Source: an uncultured Mobiluncus sp. (lineage in GTDB: Bacteria; Actinomycetota; Actinomycetes; Actinomycetales; Actinomycetaceae). Taken from it: a DNA stretch of 64,000 nt. Below, in pieces: positions 60,975 through 64,000 of this stretch. Within the stretch, counting starts at the first letter, position 1, and every line of letters begins with the position of its first letter. The notes beneath the pieces were generated by a model that searched no databases, was not told the DNA's origin, and saw nothing but the letters and a program-made list of their open reading frames with translations. The position numbers were made by a program, and so were the translations under genes. The stretch is taken from NCBI RefSeq assembly GCF_947087965.1, contig NZ_CAMUES010000009.1, positions 8,695 to 72,694 of the forward strand, written 5' to 3'.

Positions 60975-62543
60975 GTGAACGAATCTAAGGATGTAGGCAA
61001 CATTTTAGAGATGCGCCACATCACCAAGGAATTCCCCGGTGTCAAAGCGCTTGATGATGTTAATTTCCAGGTCAAACAGGGCACTATCCACTCCCTGTGC
61101 GGTGAAAACGGTGCCGGTAAATCTACCCTGATGAAAGTGCTGTCTGGAGTATGGCCCCATGGAACCTATCAGGGGGACATCGTCTACCAAGGTGAGGTTC
61201 GCCGTTTTAAGAACATCCGAGAGTCGGAAGCGGCCGGGATTGGTATCATCCACCAGGAACTCGCACTGATTCCTGAACTCTCAATTGCCGAAAATATTTT
61301 CTTGGGCAACGAAATTAAGCAGGGCGTAGGCATAGATTGGTTCCAGACTAGAAAACGCGCCGTGGAATTACTTCGGGAAGTGGGTCTCGACGATGACCCG
61401 GATACCCCCATCAAAGAGATTGGGGTGGGAAAGCAGCAGCTGGTGGAGATAGCCAAGGCTCTGTCCAAGAACGTGAAACTATTGATCCTTGATGAGCCGA
61501 CTTCCGCACTGAACGAGGAAGAATCGGCCCATTTGTTGGACCTGATGCGCCAGCAGCGTCAAAGCGGTATCAGCCAGATTATGATTTCTCACAAACTCAA
61601 TGAAATCGCTGCTATTTCTGACGCGATTACCGTGATACGTGACGGAAAAACGATTGAGACTATGGAAGTTAAAGACGGCAACGTCGACGAGGACCGCATC
61701 ATTCACTCCATGGTGGGTCGGCCTCTGGACAATCGTTTCCCCGACCGTGATCCGCATATTGGCGAAGTGCTGTTTGAGATTAGAGACTGGAGAGTGTATC
61801 ACCCGGTCAATACCGAGCGGCTCATCTGTAAAAACTCGAATATCCAGGTACGCAGTGGAGAAGTCGTGGGCCTGGCGGGGTTGATGGGTTCGGGGCGTAC
61901 CGAGCTGGCACGTTCAGTTTTTGGCCATTCCTATGGAATTTTTGAGTCTGGTCAAACGTTCATGGAGGGTAAAGAAATCTTTATGAGGTCGGTTCCAGCC
62001 GCTATTGAAGCCGGACTGGCCTATCTTCCGGAGGACCGAAAGGTGCAGGGGCTAAACCTTCTGGATGACATCAAAGGTGAAGTTATCTCTGCGAAACTAA
62101 AGAAAGCTACCGGCAGCACACTCGCGATTGATTGGCACACAGTCCGTCAGACGGCTGAGGAGTATCGCCAGAACTTGCGTATCAAGAGCCCTTCAATCGA
62201 TAACCTCATATCGTCACTTTCTGGTGGAAATATGCAAAAGGTCGTGCTTGCTAAATGGATGTACACCGACCCGAAGGTATTGATTCTGGATGAGCCGACA
62301 CGTGGGATTGATGTGGGCGCCAAATTTGAGATTTACACGCTCATCGGCAAACTTGCTGCTGCTGGAATCGGTGTCATCGTGATTTCTTCAGAACTTCCGG
62401 AGCTACTGGGCATTACAGACCGTATCTATACGATTTTTGAAGGAAAAGTCACCGGTGTATTCGATACGAAAGATGCCGACCAAGAGTCGCTCATGCGTCT
62501 CATGAACCCCACAACTTCTAAATCCGGCAGTGCTGCCGCCTAA
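60975..62543 (+). CDS. Monosaccharide ABC transporter ATP-binding protein (CUT2, GguA/XylG-like)
   Basis: GENGAGKSTLMK, two ABC halves, LSGGNMQK, DEPTRGIDVGAK. Confidence 0.93.
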   Translation: MNESKDVGNILEMRHITKEFPGVKALDDVNFQVKQGTIHSLCGENGAGKSTLMKVLSGVWPHGTYQGDIVYQGEVRRFKNIRESEAAGIGIIHQELALIPELSIAENIFLGNEIKQGVGIDWFQTRKRAVELLREVGLDDDPDTPIKEIGVGKQQLVEIAKALSKNVKLLILDEPTSALNEEESAHLLDLMRQQRQSGISQIMISHKLNEIAAISDAITVIRDGKTIETMEVKDGNVDEDRIIHSMVGRPLDNRFPDRDPHIGEVLFEIRDWRVYHPVNTERLICKNSNIQVRSGEVVGLAGLMGSGRTELARSVFGHSYGIFESGQTFMEGKEIFMRSVPAAIEAGLAYLPEDRKVQGLNLLDDIKGEVISAKLKKATGSTLAIDWHTVRQTAEEYRQNLRIKSPSIDNLISSLSGGNMQKVVLAKWMYTDPKVLILDEPTRGIDVGAKFEIYTLIGKLAAAGIGVIVISSELPELLGITDRIYTIFEGKVTGVFDTKDADQESLMRLMNPTTSKSGSAAA

Positions 62544-62561
62544 CAGGGAGGAAAATTACCA

Positions 62562-63869
62562 ATGCCAGCATTGAAACAACTACTAGGCGGCAACCTGCGC
62601 CAATTGGCTATGGTTATCGTCTTGATTCTGGAAATTCTTTTATTCCAGTTCCTGACGGGCGGTACCGTTCTTTCCGCTCAAAACTTGCAAAACGTCCTTT
62701 CTGGAAACACCTACGTGCTGATTCTGGCGATGGGCATGGTGCTGGTGATTATCGCTGGGCACATCGACCTGTCAGTTGGTTCGGTGGCGGCCGTAATCGG
62801 CATTGTACTGGCGAAGGTCACGTCTGAGCAGTCCGGAGCGGGATTGCCTTGGTGGCTTGGCATCGGTGTCGCGCTGATTGTGGGTGTGATTATCGGTAGC
62901 TGGCATGGATTCTGGGTTGCCATCGTGGGGGTTCCCGCCTTCGTTGTGACCTTGGGCGGTATGTTGCTGTTCCGCGGGATGAACCAGTTTATTGGCAAGT
63001 CCCTGTCGATTCCTGTTCCGGATCAGGTGAAATTCATCGGTGCCGGCTATATGAATTGGCTGCCGCCTATAGCCATAGGTAATTGGATAATTAACTCGGA
63101 AACCATCATCTTAGCCATGATTGCCGCTCTCCTGATGGTGTTCATGCGCACCCGCAAGCGTGTCCGTCTGGCGAAGGCTGGAGCAGAACTGCCCGCTAGC
63201 TGGATTTTTGTGGTTCAGGTGGTCTTTACTTGCATTATTATCCTGCTGTTTGGATGGATTTTTGCGACTGGACGACCGGGAACTTCCCTGCCTATCTCTG
63301 GCATTATCGTGATTTTGCTGTTCCTGTTCTACAACTTCCTGTCCCGCAACACTCCTCTTGGGCGAGGCATCTACGCCGTGGGCGGTAACCGCGTGGCCGC
63401 GGCATTAACCGGTATCTCGGTGAGGAAAGTGAACTTCTTTGTAATGTTCAACTCCTCGGTCCTGGCAGCTATCGCGTCGGTGTGCTTCGTGGGACGTTCC
63501 GGAGCATCTACGCCGTTTGATGGCAACTTATGGGAGCTTGATGCCATCGCCTCCGTATTTATCGGTGGCGCTTCAGTCTGGGGCGGCATTGGTACTTTGG
63601 GTGGCACCATGGTGGGTGCTTTGGTGATGGCTTTCCTGAACAACGGTTTGCAGCTGCTTGGCGTGGGCACAGACTGGACTCAGATGATTAAAGGTTTGGT
63701 TCTGCTTCTTGCCGTAGCCTTTGACGTACTGTCAAAGAAGCAGGGCAAACCTTCGATTATTGGCCTATTCAGTGCCACTCGCAAACGTAACCAAGCATCG
63801 TCCGACACGGCGCTTGTGCCTGAAAATGACTCGAAAAAAGAATCGCCTGAGCAGGAAGCGAAGGCCTAG
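62562..63869 (+). CDS. Monosaccharide ABC transporter permease (GguB/XylH-like)
   Basis: GHIDLSVGS, PAFVVTLGGML, GRGIYAVGGN, ELDAIA, many TM helices. Confidence 0.92.
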   Translation: MPALKQLLGGNLRQLAMVIVLILEILLFQFLTGGTVLSAQNLQNVLSGNTYVLILAMGMVLVIIAGHIDLSVGSVAAVIGIVLAKVTSEQSGAGLPWWLGIGVALIVGVIIGSWHGFWVAIVGVPAFVVTLGGMLLFRGMNQFIGKSLSIPVPDQVKFIGAGYMNWLPPIAIGNWIINSETIILAMIAALLMVFMRTRKRVRLAKAGAELPASWIFVVQVVFTCIIILLFGWIFATGRPGTSLPISGIIVILLFLFYNFLSRNTPLGRGIYAVGGNRVAAALTGISVRKVNFFVMFNSSVLAAIASVCFVGRSGASTPFDGNLWELDAIASVFIGGASVWGGIGTLGGTMVGALVMAFLNNGLQLLGVGTDWTQMIKGLVLLLAVAFDVLSKKQGKPSIIGLFSATRKRNQASSDTALVPENDSKKESPEQEAKA

Positions 63870-63939
63870 TTAGTCACAAAGAACTTGGGCAACTGCCCAA
63901 ACCTGGGGCACCAGGACTCGACACAAAAGTGAGGTAACC

Positions 63940-64000
63940 ATGCAAATAATCAAGAGAATCGCCGTTCTTGGCGCCGCTGGCGCATTAGCGTTCGCACTGT
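63940..64000 (+). CDS. Probable sugar-binding protein, 5' fragment
   Basis: GAGG RBS; MQIIKRIAVLGAAGALAFAL signal-peptide-like start right after the ABC ATPase and permease; truncated by the window edge. Confidence 0.55.
   Translation, partial: MQIIKRIAVLGAAGALAFAL

Overview
A mostly core-genome segment from a GC-rich actinobacterium. WhiB1, PdtaS, ppgK, DUF2505 and an actinobacterial-type RNase P RNA occur together with a chemoreceptor, which suggests a motile member of the Actinomycetaceae such as Mobiluncus (inference only). Housekeeping content: lipB/lipA, Nif3-like and DUF164 genes with rnpB, ppgK, map, panB, pheST, an argCJBD-RGH cluster lacking argF, msrA, peptide and amino-acid transporters, tyrS, folA/thyA, ligA, gatCAB, a stand-alone trpB, and an AGE-epimerase/sugar ABC locus. 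I saw no prophage, transposase or CRISPR array. Most notable observations: (1) a sialidase gene running off the left edge that the ORF track missed; (2) a tandem, hairpin-rich repeat attached to tRNA-Val and built from direct and inverted copies of the tRNA 3' end; (3) a KstD-like steroid dehydrogenase placed between lipB and lipA; (4) a self-contained ~300-nt unit encoding a 50-aa sORF whose 5' leader is complementary to its terminator; (5) a DnaA-box cluster upstream of an orphan FHA-FtsK ATPase; (6) a CWB2-anchored putative zinc peptidase. All family assignments come from motif recognition by eye, not from database searches.
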